Source of the DNA: an uncultured Acidobacteriota bacterium
GTDB lineage: Bacteria; Acidobacteriota; Vicinamibacteria; Vicinamibacterales; CAVVIG01
Direction of reading: 5' to 3'
Length of the DNA stretch: 64,000 bases
NCBI GenBank assembly: GCA_963773035.1
Contig: CAVYZX010000038.1
Coordinates: 320,234-384,233, forward strand
Positions 9,224-19,347 of the stretch are shown piece after piece. Below the pieces are notes generated by a model that worked only from the letters and a program-made list of their open reading frames with translations, did no database searches and had not been told where the DNA came from. Positions within the stretch are counted from its first letter, which is position 1; each line of letters begins with the position of its first letter. A program made the position numbers and the translations under genes.

Positions 9224-9931
9224 TTACTTGCAGCTCTCGATCTCCTGATAAAGTCGGTTGGACAGATCGATTTCCGAAGCCTTCAACCGGTGCACCTGAT
9301 TCTTCTCCACCGTGAACCGAACGTTGAAGCCCTGCTTCTTCATCTCGTCGGCTTGCCGCTGCATGGATGTCATCCAGCCGCTATCCTGATCGCCGACGTG
9401 CATGAAGATGCACATGGACTTGAGCACGGACATCTTGCCGACATCGGGGCCGTCCAACAATCCTGGATAGCCGGTCAACGTGCCGACGTATTGGGGGTAC
9501 CACGCGGCGACATGGAACGCGCTGAGGCCGCCGTTCGAGTGACCGGCTACGTGAAACTTTCCGCCCTTCACCTTGTAGTCGCGCAGAAGCTGCTCCAGGA
9601 ATTCCGGGAAGACGCGGTCGGCGCCTTCGAAGAAGAGGCTTCCGTCAGGCGTCCCGGGGCTGACCAGGATGTAGCCGCGGCGCTCGCCCTCCTTGCGCCA
9701 GTCCGATTCGAGCGTGTTCGCGGCCATCTGAAGAGTTTGAGGCCCGCCGGTGAAGACGAGCACCGTCGGATACGTCCGCGTCGCGTCGTAGCCGTCGGGA
9801 AGCACGACCTTGTAGGTGAGCTTCAAGCCGCCAAACGTCCCGCTCTTCTCGATGAGCTCGGCACCTGCGGGGATAGAGGTACCGGTTACCATCAAGATCG
9901 TGACCGCTGCTGAAACAAAGATTCTCTGCAT
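9224..9931 (-). CDS. secreted alpha/beta-hydrolase (esterase)
   Basis: 235 aa with a signal peptide. Nucleophile elbow GHSNGG (GxSxG), and the downstream blocks HVGDQD and VH are compatible with an Asp/His triad. Confidence 0.7.
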   Translation of the reverse strand: MQRIFVSAAVTILMVTGTSIPAGAELIEKSGTFGGLKLTYKVVLPDGYDATRTYPTVLVFTGGPQTLQMAANTLESDWRKEGERRGYILVSPGTPDGSLFFEGADRVFPEFLEQLLRDYKVKGGKFHVAGHSNGGLSAFHVAAWYPQYVGTLTGYPGLLDGPDVGKMSVLKSMCIFMHVGDQDSGWMTSMQRQADEMKKQGFNVRFTVEKNQVHRLKASEIDLSNRLYQEIESCK

Positions 9932-9959
9932 AGGTGTCTCGTGAGTCGTTCTGGCGAGT

Positions 9960-12413
9960 TCAGACGTGGGCTTTCAGTGGCTCGTGCATCGGGCGGCCGT
10001 TCTCGAGCGCCATCAGGATGACGTCCGCCGTCACCGGCGAGCGGCGGAACACTTCGTCGCCCACGGCATCGGCAATCGCGTTCAGCACCGCGCCGTAACC
10101 GGCGCCGACCGGCGGTTCGCCCACCCCACGTGCGCCAACCGGTGTTTCCGGATCCGCCATATCCAATGCGGTCGTCTGCATCGTCTCTGGAATATCGAGG
10201 ATCGTCAGCGGCCTGTTGTAGTGGAACCGGCGGGCCAGTGAGACTCCGTATTGCGGATCGACCACCGACTTCTGAAACAGCGCGTGCGCAATCCCGAGGT
10301 TGAGGCCGCCCCGGATTTGCGCGAGGAGGCTCCGCGGATGAATCACCGTTCCTACGTCGCCGACGCCGAGCATGTCGACGAGCCTGACGTTGCCTGTTTC
10401 GACGTCCACTTCGACCTCGGCGAACCCGATCACGAACGAATAGGTGGCGCCATCACGTGGATGGTTGTCTTTGGCGACGCCCATCAGGCCGAGACCGGCC
10501 AGAGCTGCCGCCGATCGCTTGGTCATGGCATTGATGTCTTCCGGAACCTCGTGGCCGTCGTACCTGCCGCCCAGCTCGATGGCGCGTTTGGCAGCCTCCG
10601 CGTAAGTCATGCCGCGGCCCGGGGCGCCACGACGGTACACACGCTGGCCGCCGATCTCGAAGTCTTCAGGTGAGCCGCCGAGGTCATGCGCCGCAATCTC
10701 CCGCAGCTTGCGCTTCGCATCCATCGCGCCCGCGTAGTTCGCGCGCGTCATCGCATGGGTCGTCTGGCTGCCGACCGAGAGACACGTCCACGGCAGATGC
10801 TTGCCCGTGTCGCCCCAGATCACCTCGACGTTCTGCCACGGCATGTCGAGGACTTCAGCCGCGACACGCGCCAGATCCATCACGGAGTGTGTGCCGAGAT
10901 TGCCGACCCCCGACTGTACGTAGAGCCGGCCGTCGGGCCGGATCGTCATGATGCTGTCCCATCCGACTGAGCCTGCGCCGTGCGGTCCGATAGTGACGCC
11001 AACGCCGCGCACCTTCGATCCCTGGCGCTGGCCGGCGCGCGCCTTTCGATCGTTCCAGTTGAACAGCGCTGCCCCTCGATCCAGCGCTTCTCTGACAAAC
11101 GCGCTGGTGACGTGATTCCGTTGGCCGTTCTGCCCCGCGGGCCCGAACAGGGCCTTGCCCGCCGGCGCATTGATCTTGCGAATTTCGACTTGATCGACTC
11201 CAAGCTTGCGGGCGGCCTTGCTGACGACCGGATCGATGATGCCGTTCGCCTGCATCGGTCCAGGCGAGCGCTGCTGCGATCGGGGCGGGGTGTTGGTCAA
11301 CACGTTCACCGCCCGCCACCGCATCGCGGGCGGCTGGTAGATGAGCGACGCCGCGAGGCCGGCTGAGCGATGGTCGCCCAACGGGCCATAGGCGCCCGTG
11401 TCTTGAACGATGAAGAGGTCGAGCGCGGTGATGCGTCCGTTTTGCGCGAACCCCACCTTCACGCGTCCGGTCATGTTGGTGCGCGCGCGCCCGATGTAGC
11501 CCTCCTCCTCGCGGCTGATCCGCATCATGACCGGCGCATTTGCCTTGCGGGACAACAGCGCAGGTATGGCCATCGACACGGCGCCGCCGCCTTTGCTCCC
11601 GAATCCGCCGCCCGTGTATTGGCAGATGAGCACGACTTGTGACGGATCGATGCCGACCCACCGCGCGATGTTGCCTTGCGTCTGGGCCACGCTCTGCGTG
11701 GAGGCATGGATGAACAGCTTGCCGTTTTGCCAATACGCCATCGCGCTGCGCGTTTCCATCGGGTGATGGCCGGTCGACTGCACGACGAACGTCTCGTCCA
11801 ACACGAGTGCCGCGGCCTTGAATCCAGCTTCCAGGTCGCCGTATGCCCACTCTTCGAGCGGAGCGCCCATCGGCAGGCGTCCGTTCTTGGCCTCGGCAAA
11901 GTCTGCCTCGGTCCACTTAATCGTTTGGAGTGGGGGAGCCGCCGGTGGCCCGGGAGGACCTTGTCCGGGTGGAGGCGGAGGTCCCCACGCATTGCCGTCG
12001 AGTCGGGCATTCGGGCCGTCGGGCCTCAGGCTCTCGAGAGGATCGGTGACGAACGGAAGCAGCTCGAGGTCGATCTCGATCCGCTCGACCGCCTCCGTGG
12101 CAGTCGGCTCGTCCACGGCGGCGACGGCGAGGATCGGCTCGCCCTGGTAGCGCGGCTCGTTGGTGAGCGCTCGTTCGGCGCCGCCTGGCAGCTCGGGCAA
12201 GTCGTCAGCCGTGAGGATCGCCTTCACACCCGGCATCGCCAGCGCCTGGCTTGTATCGATGCCTCGCACGCGCGCGTGTGGCATCGGGCTGAGCAAGAGC
12301 TTCGCGAACAGCATGCCCTCGGCGCGAAAGTCTTCGGCGTATTTCGCGCGCCCGGTCACCTTGGCGATCTGATCTGCAGGCGTGTAGTTCTGGCCGATGT
12401 ATTTGCCAGCCAT
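9960..12413 (-). CDS. xanthine dehydrogenase family protein, molybdopterin-binding subunit
   Basis: 817 aa. The aldehyde-oxidase a/b-hammerhead N-terminus (LLSPMPHARVRGIDTSQALAMPGVKAILTADDLP) and Mo-cofactor-binding blocks (QYTGGGFGSKG, GVGEPP) are present. Confidence 0.9.
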   Translation of the reverse strand: MAGKYIGQNYTPADQIAKVTGRAKYAEDFRAEGMLFAKLLLSPMPHARVRGIDTSQALAMPGVKAILTADDLPELPGGAERALTNEPRYQGEPILAVAAVDEPTATEAVERIEIDLELLPFVTDPLESLRPDGPNARLDGNAWGPPPPPGQGPPGPPAAPPLQTIKWTEADFAEAKNGRLPMGAPLEEWAYGDLEAGFKAAALVLDETFVVQSTGHHPMETRSAMAYWQNGKLFIHASTQSVAQTQGNIARWVGIDPSQVVLICQYTGGGFGSKGGGAVSMAIPALLSRKANAPVMMRISREEEGYIGRARTNMTGRVKVGFAQNGRITALDLFIVQDTGAYGPLGDHRSAGLAASLIYQPPAMRWRAVNVLTNTPPRSQQRSPGPMQANGIIDPVVSKAARKLGVDQVEIRKINAPAGKALFGPAGQNGQRNHVTSAFVREALDRGAALFNWNDRKARAGQRQGSKVRGVGVTIGPHGAGSVGWDSIMTIRPDGRLYVQSGVGNLGTHSVMDLARVAAEVLDMPWQNVEVIWGDTGKHLPWTCLSVGSQTTHAMTRANYAGAMDAKRKLREIAAHDLGGSPEDFEIGGQRVYRRGAPGRGMTYAEAAKRAIELGGRYDGHEVPEDINAMTKRSAAALAGLGLMGVAKDNHPRDGATYSFVIGFAEVEVDVETGNVRLVDMLGVGDVGTVIHPRSLLAQIRGGLNLGIAHALFQKSVVDPQYGVSLARRFHYNRPLTILDIPETMQTTALDMADPETPVGARGVGEPPVGAGYGAVLNAIADAVGDEVFRRSPVTADVILMALENGRPMHEPLKAHV

Positions 12414-12535
12414 CTACGCTTCTCCCAGCACTGAGCGCCAGGCATGAACGGCGTGAGCCTGGACCAATGCTAGGCCCGACTCTAGACCTGGGCTGTGGCG
12501 CTGTCAACGGAGCAAGGCGGGCTCGGTGAACGCTC

Positions 12536-13183
12536 TCAGTTGGTCGCGAAACAGTAGAGCATGCCGGCGCCGCCAGTCGGGGCGAGTTGCTCGATGCCGC
12601 AGCCTTGTGACGGGTGGATCGCGTTCCACGAGTTCACGCCGGGGTTTCGCCCCAGGCGATCGGCGTGGCCGAGCATCGCTTTCGCGGAGGCGTCGCCGAC
12701 CGTCCAATCCTTGCAGGTGTCCGCGTTCTTCGTGCCGTCCTCATTGGTCCCTGTCAAGATGTCGTGCTGCAACGGCTGCGCGACGGGCGCAGGCGGGTTG
12801 CCCGCCAGGTAGTTCGGTGCAGTGCCCTTTTCCGTCAGCGCCGTCGACGCCGAAATCTTGTTGTTCGGGCTGTGCAGGTCGGCGACGTTCGCCGCGATTT
12901 GCTGGCCCTTGGAGTTGGACCAGGGGCCGTTGCCGATCCGGCTCTTCGCGTCGACCGTGCTCGTGCTCAAGTACGCGTGCCATGTCTTGCTGCCAGCGCC
13001 AGCCGCCTGCGCCAGCGATTGACACACCGCGTCCGCCCCGGCCAGGCCGCCGAGGTTGCCGCCCTTCGGGTTCGAGCTCGTGACGAAGAAACTCATGTTC
13101 GCCGCCGGGCTCTGTGCGACCGCGTTGTAGACCGCACCGAGTGTGAGCGCCGCCATTACCGCCACCAGAAGTCTCTTGTTCAT
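12536..13183 (-). CDS. secreted hypothetical protein (tentatively DUF1554-like)
   Basis: 215 aa with a signal peptide. The block MSFFVTSSNPKGGNLGGLAGADAVCQSLA resembles DUF1554-type proteins from memory only. Confidence 0.55.
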   Translation of the reverse strand: MNKRLLVAVMAALTLGAVYNAVAQSPAANMSFFVTSSNPKGGNLGGLAGADAVCQSLAQAAGAGSKTWHAYLSTSTVDAKSRIGNGPWSNSKGQQIAANVADLHSPNNKISASTALTEKGTAPNYLAGNPPAPVAQPLQHDILTGTNEDGTKNADTCKDWTVGDASAKAMLGHADRLGRNPGVNSWNAIHPSQGCGIEQLAPTGGAGMLYCFATN

Positions 13184-13290
13184 CGATCGCTGCTCCTCTT
13201 CTTTCGGTTGGAAGCTCGATTCAGAAACGTGTTCCCGCGTTCAACCGTCTGTCAAGACCGACACGCACGCAGCGCTGGCGCAAAGGTTCT

Positions 13291-13833
13291 CTACCTGTCA
13301 GGCTGAATCGAGGCTAGAAGCGCATTGAAGTTCTTCTCATGCCTGGCAATTGTTTTCGAAGGGCCCGTGAGTTTGAAGAACACCGTGCCACCTGGGCCTT
13401 CGACAATCGCGCCAAGGAGGCGGTAGCCTGGGACTGGCTTTGCCGAACCCGCCACCGGGCCGCCCATCCCCGTGTAAGAACCTGAAATGTCGAGGACGAC
13501 TACAGGCAACCCATGAACCGTGCGTTTTTCGACGTTGGCCGGGGCCGGCTTGCCGTCCGGTCCCTGCACTTGTCCCTTCCAGCGCTCGATGTTGGCATCG
13601 ATGCCACCACCCTGACCGGGGCCAAAGTAGTTCACGATGCATTCCGCGATGCCCTGATCACCCGCGACTGGAGCCACTGAGTAGGTTGCAGCCCGCATCG
13701 GGCGAGGCGCCCCGGCGTTCCACTCCGCGGGGGCGGTCCACCGGATTCCCCCGGCGGACTCGGCAAGAAGGCCAACAGAACCGACCACGAGCAAGAATGT
13801 CGCGACGCATGCGCGCATGCATGGAGTATACAT
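13291..13833 (-). CDS. hypothetical secreted protein
   Basis: ORF is open to 13944. ATG 13833 gives signal-like MYTPCMRACVATFLLVVGSVGLLA and leaves a 10-nt gap to the upstream gene. Confidence 0.55.
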   Translation of the reverse strand: MYTPCMRACVATFLLVVGSVGLLAESAGGIRWTAPAEWNAGAPRPMRAATYSVAPVAGDQGIAECIVNYFGPGQGGGIDANIERWKGQVQGPDGKPAPANVEKRTVHGLPVVVLDISGSYTGMGGPVAGSAKPVPGYRLLGAIVEGPGGTVFFKLTGPSKTIARHEKNFNALLASIQPDR

Positions 13834-13843
13834 ACGCGTCAAT

Positions 13844-15119
13844 CTACGACTTTTTCCAGGTGTCCCAGGTTCGCAGGATCTGTCCGGCGATCTTCGCCGG
13901 ATCGGCGCCGGGAATCGGCTCGAACTTTTGGACGCGCCCGGCAAAACAGTCGGCCACGTACAAATTCCCGAGTTGATCGGTACTCATCCCATGCGAACAG
14001 CCGAGTCGCCCTGGCTGTCCACCTGGAGCGCCCCAGCTGTACAAGTAGTTGCCATTCAGATCGAACTTGAGGATGCGGTTCGTGGGGGCGTCGCCCACCC
14101 AGATGAATCCGTTCTGGTCGATGAAGTGATTCACCATCAGCGTACCCTGGTTGCTCGGCCAGTGCGGTGAACGCAGCGGCCACATGTCGAGGAACTTACC
14201 GTTTTCGTCGAACACCTGCATCCGCTGATGCCCGCGATCGACGACGAAGAGCCGTGCGGTCGGCGCTGATGGCGATGCTGTGGACGGTGTTGAACTCGTT
14301 CGGTCCCGGATTCTGCGGATCGGCCGGCGCCTTACCCCAGTCCGTGATGAAGTTGTCGTTCGCGTCGTACTTGGCGACGCGTGTGCCACCGTAGCCGTCG
14401 GTAATGAAGTACGTCCCGTCCGGCAGCCAGGCGATGTCCGTCGGTCGATCGAAGGTGTTCGGCCCGCGGCCGCGTTTGCCAAGCTCGCCTTTGCTGTGGA
14501 CCAGCTTTCCGTCGTACGTGAAGCGATAGATCATGTGGAGCTGGTCGTCGATGATCCAGACGTGCTTTTCTTTGTCGTAAGGACTGATCTTGATTTGGTG
14601 CGGGCCCCGACCGCAGGGGAGCTTGTCGAACATTTCGTTGAGATGAGACCACTCGTCGACCAGGTTGCCCTGGCCGTCGACGATCAGGATGGAGTGCTGA
14701 AACCGCCGTTCCCATCCGCGCTTGGCCACGGGTTCGCAGGTTGGCGAGAGGCCGTCGGCGTTGCCGGTGGCGACGAGGGGCGGGTTGAGCGCGACATACG
14801 GCGTCCACGGCGTTGCGCCTTTGGGAAGCGGCAGCTCGCCGCGCATCGCGATCCAGATTCGATCCGGGTTCTCCGCATACACCCCGCCGAAAGAGCCCCA
14901 CGTCCAGCCGTCATGAGAGTGGCGCGTGTCGGGTAACGGCTTGGGCCAGCCCTCCACGACTTTGTAGTGGCCGGTGGGCCAGTCCTGGTGACTCAATCGT
15001 CCGGTGGTCGCGGCGGGAGCCGCCGACGGCTTCTGCGGATCGCTGGTGCCGCAAGCCCCGCCAATCGATGCCAGAGTCATGGTCAGGAACAGTCGCGCTA
15101 CTGAGTGGGTGCGGCACAT
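13844..15119 (-). pseudogene. NHL-repeat beta-propeller protein (peptidyl-alpha-hydroxyglycine lyase-like), single frameshift
   Basis: Two overlapping ORFs (14196..15170 and 13844..14482) join into one protein at about 14253: ...NTVHSIAISADRT | RLFVVDRGHQRMQVFDENGKF.... NHL-type blades are present on both sides of the join. Confidence 0.7.
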
Positions 15120-15420
15120 AAGAAGCCTCCAAGACGGAATGCGATTCACCTGTTGGCTGAGCTCAACCATCAGAGGCCGAGATTATAGGCAAATCTCGCG
15201 GTTCCCAAGTCCAGATTCATCCGAAGTCGACATCATGTCCCCAGGGTCGAAGGCGGCTGACGACGGTCGCCCCAGAACGTCATAGGTCGAATGCAAAACG
15301 TACAATAATGCCGAACTTGCGTTTCGCGCTTTCGTTCTGCGTCTCAGGATAGCTTTACATCACCCTTCTGGGACGTTGATCGAATGCGGGAACGCGCGGA
15401 TGAATGAGGGAGACATCGCC

Positions 15421-16288
15421 ATGTATGCGGTCTTCGGAGCCACTGGCAATACTGGACGAGCAACGGTCAGAGAACTTCAGGCGTTGGGAGAGGATCCGCT
15501 CTGCATCGTGCGCAATCCCGAGAAAGCGCGTGAGGTACTCGGTGCCGACGCCAGAACAGCGGTCGCGGAGATCACCGATCGTCCCGCGATGGAAAAAGCG
15601 CTCAAGAGTATCAAGCGCGTGTTCGTGGTGACCGGCCACAACCCGCAGGCGGGCGAACAGCAGATCAACATCCTCGAGGCCGCAAGGGCGGCTGGCGTCG
15701 AGTTCTTCGTCAAGGTATCAGGGGGGCGTGACGTGGTCGGCCCGAACGTTGAATCAATCGTCGGCCGCGGGCATTATGCGGTCGAGGAGGCGATGAAGAA
15801 GAGCGGCATGCCCTGGTGCGTGCTGAGCCCCGGCCTCTTCATGCAGAACACGTTCGGCCAGGCGCCGTCGATCAAGAACGACGGCAAGCTGTTGCAGCCG
15901 TTCGGTAGAGATCTACCCTTGGCGTTTATCGACGTGCGCGACACCGGCGCGGTCGGCGCACGCGTGCTGCGCGATCCGGGCCAGCACGTCGGCAAGACTC
16001 ATGCGTTTACAGGGCTGACGACCACGTTCGAGGAATTCGCCCGTGTGTTCTCCGAGGTGCTGAGCAAGCCGGTCGAGGTACGTGGCCCTCTCGATCGAGC
16101 AGGCGCAGGCCGGGATGAAGGCGCGCAACATGCCTGACTGGCTGGTGGGCCATCTCGTGGCGATCGCGCATGCCGGCGCGAAGGGCGCGTTCTCCAGGGA
16201 ACAGACAGGCCCAATCCGCGAGATCGTCGGCCGCGCACCGATCACGACCCGACAATTCGTCCAGGATTTCAAGGCGACGTTCGTCTGA
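15421..16288 (+). pseudogene. NmrA-like NAD(P)-binding protein, single frameshift
   Basis: MYAVFGATGNTGRA Rossmann motif. The frame switches at about 16078 (..SKPVE | (Y)VALSIEQAQAGMKARNMPDWLVGHL..). The downstream part is the ORF 16082..16288. Confidence 0.75.
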
Positions 16289-16326
16289 TAGCATCCCCGC
16301 CCCGCCTCGCGTCCGCCAATCGACGC

Positions 16327-18114
16327 TCACGGCAACGGCAAATTGTCCGGCGTGTAACCATTCGGGTAGAAGTGCACCGCAGCGATGACCGGTACGCCAC
16401 GGCTGCCGAACCACAGCGTGTTGTCGGCCGCCAGCTCGAACTTGGGCAGGCTCTGGTTCGGTTGAGGCATCGGGTAGAAGGTCCATCGGTTCGCACGCGG
16501 ATCCAGCTTCACGATGGCGCTGTGCACGTGATCCGCGGTCCAGATGTTGTCTGATTTGTCCGGCCACGCGTCGTAGGGCTGCGCGCCGGCCACCGGGATC
16601 TTGTAGTCGGTCATCTTGCCTGTCGCCGGGTCGAGCCTCACGAGGATCCCGGTGTTGTACGCCGAGCCCCAGACGATGCCCTTCGAGTCCACGCATATCC
16701 GGCGAATCTGTCCCCACGCGCTCGGCACCTTGTATTCGGTTACCACTTCGGTCTTCGCGTCCCACTTGTTGATCGTGCCCTTCTGCCACCCGGCACCCCA
16801 CATGTTGCCTTCCTGATCGACGTCCAGCCCGTAGATGCCGTTGTCGGGGGTCGGCGTTGGATACATGTGCAACCGGCGCGTCGTCGCTTCCATCCTTCCG
16901 AAAAAGGCTCCCCAGATGATGCTGAAGTCGATGTTCTGGTCCTTGTCGACGACCACCTGCAACATGGCGCCGGCTTGTGCCGGCAACGCGTATCGAATCT
17001 GCTTGCGTGTCACCGGATCGAGCTCGCCGAGTCTCGAGCCTCGTGCTTCCGCCCAGTACACTCGGCCCTTCTTGTCGACAGCAATACCGGTCGGATGAAC
17101 GTACGGCTCGCCCTTGATCGGATGGTTATCCCAGCGCTTGCCGGGATCCAGCTGCTTCGGATCGAGGCCCAGGATGGAGCTGGAAGCGCGTGAGCTGTAC
17201 CAGACGCGGCCGTCTACCGGAGAAATGGCCGCCGCCTGCAGGTGATGACGGGTTTCGGGCGCGAGTTGGGGAATCACGCCGTCGACCATGGTCCCACCTA
17301 TCTGATTCCCCATCGAGGGAAACGGCAGGTCGTCGGGGATATCGTAGGACACATAGATCGACTTCGATGCCACGTTCTCATCGAATACCAGAGGATCTTC
17401 TTTGAGCTTCTTGTCCTGCATCTCTGGACCAAAGTGTTTCGCCAGGTACTCCGCCAGCTGTGCTTTCTGCGGTTTGCTGATGGGGGTTCTGCCGAGGGCC
17501 AGCGAGTAGTGATTGTTCGCCGGACCGGTTTCGGTCATCTTTTCGATGCCGCGAACGAATGCTTCTTTCGTGTAGTGCATGGTCCCGAAGTCGTCGCGGT
17601 GACAGCCGATGCAGTGTTCCCTCAACAGCTCTCTCTCCGGGCCAGCCGGATACAGTTCTTCGAGCGAATCGAAGTACATGGTCTTTGCGGATCTCCCGGG
17701 ACGGGCCTGCGGGCCTTCGTCGCCCCTGGCCTGGATGCGTTCCTGTTGCGCAGCTCGCCTCTTCACTGCCAGATCGCGTTTCTGAGTCTCTCCCGCTCCC
17801 AGATTCACTGACAGCCGAGGCGATTCGTAGTCGGGCTCGACCACGGTCAGCTCGTAACGACCCGGCAAGGCTTGAGGAACGGTGTACTGACTCTTCTCGG
17901 TGAAGACGGTGTACCAAATTCGGCGATCGAGGTTGTGAGCAGCCACGCGGAACGCGCGCACCTGACCCTGATCGGCTGTGATGCGGCCCGAGATTGTGCC
18001 GCGACCAGAGGACTGCCCGAAGACGACGAGTTCAACACCGAGCAGCACCGCCGCGGCCGGGCCCACGGCCAGTGCCACATGGCGCAACATGGTTCGGTTT
18101 TTTCGAGAATTCAT
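16327..18114 (-). CDS. secreted multidomain protein: carboxypeptidase-regulatory-like domain + CXXCH haem motif + Vgb-like beta-propeller
   Basis: 595 aa with a signal peptide. N-terminal domain is GTISGRITADQG...LPGRYELTV. A single CIGCH motif is encoded at 17599-17613. Repeated blades fit the pattern G-IW...G-I-(K/R)-(L/W)D(P/A). Confidence 0.75.
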   Translation of the reverse strand: MNSRKNRTMLRHVALAVGPAAAVLLGVELVVFGQSSGRGTISGRITADQGQVRAFRVAAHNLDRRIWYTVFTEKSQYTVPQALPGRYELTVVEPDYESPRLSVNLGAGETQKRDLAVKRRAAQQERIQARGDEGPQARPGRSAKTMYFDSLEELYPAGPERELLREHCIGCHRDDFGTMHYTKEAFVRGIEKMTETGPANNHYSLALGRTPISKPQKAQLAEYLAKHFGPEMQDKKLKEDPLVFDENVASKSIYVSYDIPDDLPFPSMGNQIGGTMVDGVIPQLAPETRHHLQAAAISPVDGRVWYSSRASSSILGLDPKQLDPGKRWDNHPIKGEPYVHPTGIAVDKKGRVYWAEARGSRLGELDPVTRKQIRYALPAQAGAMLQVVVDKDQNIDFSIIWGAFFGRMEATTRRLHMYPTPTPDNGIYGLDVDQEGNMWGAGWQKGTINKWDAKTEVVTEYKVPSAWGQIRRICVDSKGIVWGSAYNTGILVRLDPATGKMTDYKIPVAGAQPYDAWPDKSDNIWTADHVHSAIVKLDPRANRWTFYPMPQPNQSLPKFELAADNTLWFGSRGVPVIAAVHFYPNGYTPDNLPLP

Positions 18115-18321
18115 GAGCAGTCCCTCTGTTCACACGTGGCACCTTGACCAAGCTGCGCGCCTCGCCTGGAAGAAAGGATAGGACAGGGTTAGCGGCCTCA
18201 TGCGGTCCATAGGGAGCTAGATTATGCCTGATCGAAAGCCGAGCCATTTGCGGCTTATTTTCGCAACCTATCCAGCTTTCACGAAGTGATCGATATCCAT
18301 GGTAGGTTTTGGATTAGATCG

Positions 18322-19347
18322 ATGTGGCCCGTCAGGATGACATGGAGGCGACTTGCTGTCGGTGTGGTTGCTGCGCTCTGCGCGGCAGGCGCGAGGCCGA
18401 CACAGACGCCTCCTGACCTTCCCAAGCTCGACCTCACGATCGGGCCCTCCACACGGTTGCTCGTGGTTGCGCCCCATCCCGACGATGAGACCCTGGCGGC
18501 CGGGGGATTGATACACCGCGTCGTCTCGAGCGGCGGATCGGTTCGGGTGGTCTGGCTGACGAGCGGCGATGCGTTCGCGGAAGGCGTTGAAACGAAGAAC
18601 AAGATCAAGGACCCGAGGCCACGGGACTATCGGAGCTACGGCACCTTCCGCGAGGGGGAGGCACGGAACGCTTTGACGATGCTCGGCCTGGATCGGAAAG
18701 CCCTCACGTTTCTCGGCTTTCCAGACGATGGTCTCTGCCTGCTCGCGTCGAAGTACCTGTCGGCCAAGAAGCGCGCGTTCGAATCGCCCTACACCGATCG
18801 ATTCAGCCCGCCGCTGACCGAGCAGATGATTCGAGGCGTTCGATACCGCGGAGATGACGTCCGCCGTGAGCTGGAGCGGATCCTGCGCGAGTTCGAGCCG
18901 ACCGTGATCGTCTATTCGCACCCGGAAGACGAGCATCCCGACCACTGTGCGGCCCACATTTTCGTTCGGGAGGCGCTCATGGCTGTAGCGCGAGGGCAGC
19001 CGCGGCCCCGCGAGCTGATGTATCTCGTGCATTACAGGCAGTGGCCGGTGAGCGAGGACGCTGGCACCGGCAGCGAGCTGCACTCTCCAGCAGAGTTTCC
19101 GCCGGGAGAGGGTGGCTGGGCGAACTTCGCGCTCCAACCGGATGAAATCGAGCTCAAGAAACGCGCGCTCCTGGCCTACTCGAGCCAGATGCTCGTCATC
19201 GGCCGGTTCATGCTGGCATTCGGGCGCAGCAACGAGCTGTTCCTGGAAGGAGAGCCGGCTTCGATGCCCGAGTGCTGGTGTGACGGCGAGAACGTGGCCA
19301 CCGAGCTGCCAGCCTCGCAGTATCGGCGTCGTCCGCGACGACGGTGA
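18322..19347 (+). CDS. PIG-L/LmbE family deacetylase
   Basis: ORF is open from 18286. ATG 18322 gives a signal/TM segment. The hallmark LVVAPHPDDETLAAGG and the block HPEDEHPDH are present. Confidence 0.85.
   Translation: MWPVRMTWRRLAVGVVAALCAAGARPTQTPPDLPKLDLTIGPSTRLLVVAPHPDDETLAAGGLIHRVVSSGGSVRVVWLTSGDAFAEGVETKNKIKDPRPRDYRSYGTFREGEARNALTMLGLDRKALTFLGFPDDGLCLLASKYLSAKKRAFESPYTDRFSPPLTEQMIRGVRYRGDDVRRELERILREFEPTVIVYSHPEDEHPDHCAAHIFVREALMAVARGQPRPRELMYLVHYRQWPVSEDAGTGSELHSPAEFPPGEGGWANFALQPDEIELKKRALLAYSSQMLVIGRFMLAFGRSNELFLEGEPASMPECWCDGENVATELPASQYRRRPRRR

Noticed and set aside
18268-19137. 289-aa minus-strand ORF
   Set aside because: It is antisense to the PIG-L deacetylase, which carries the PHPDDE hallmark.
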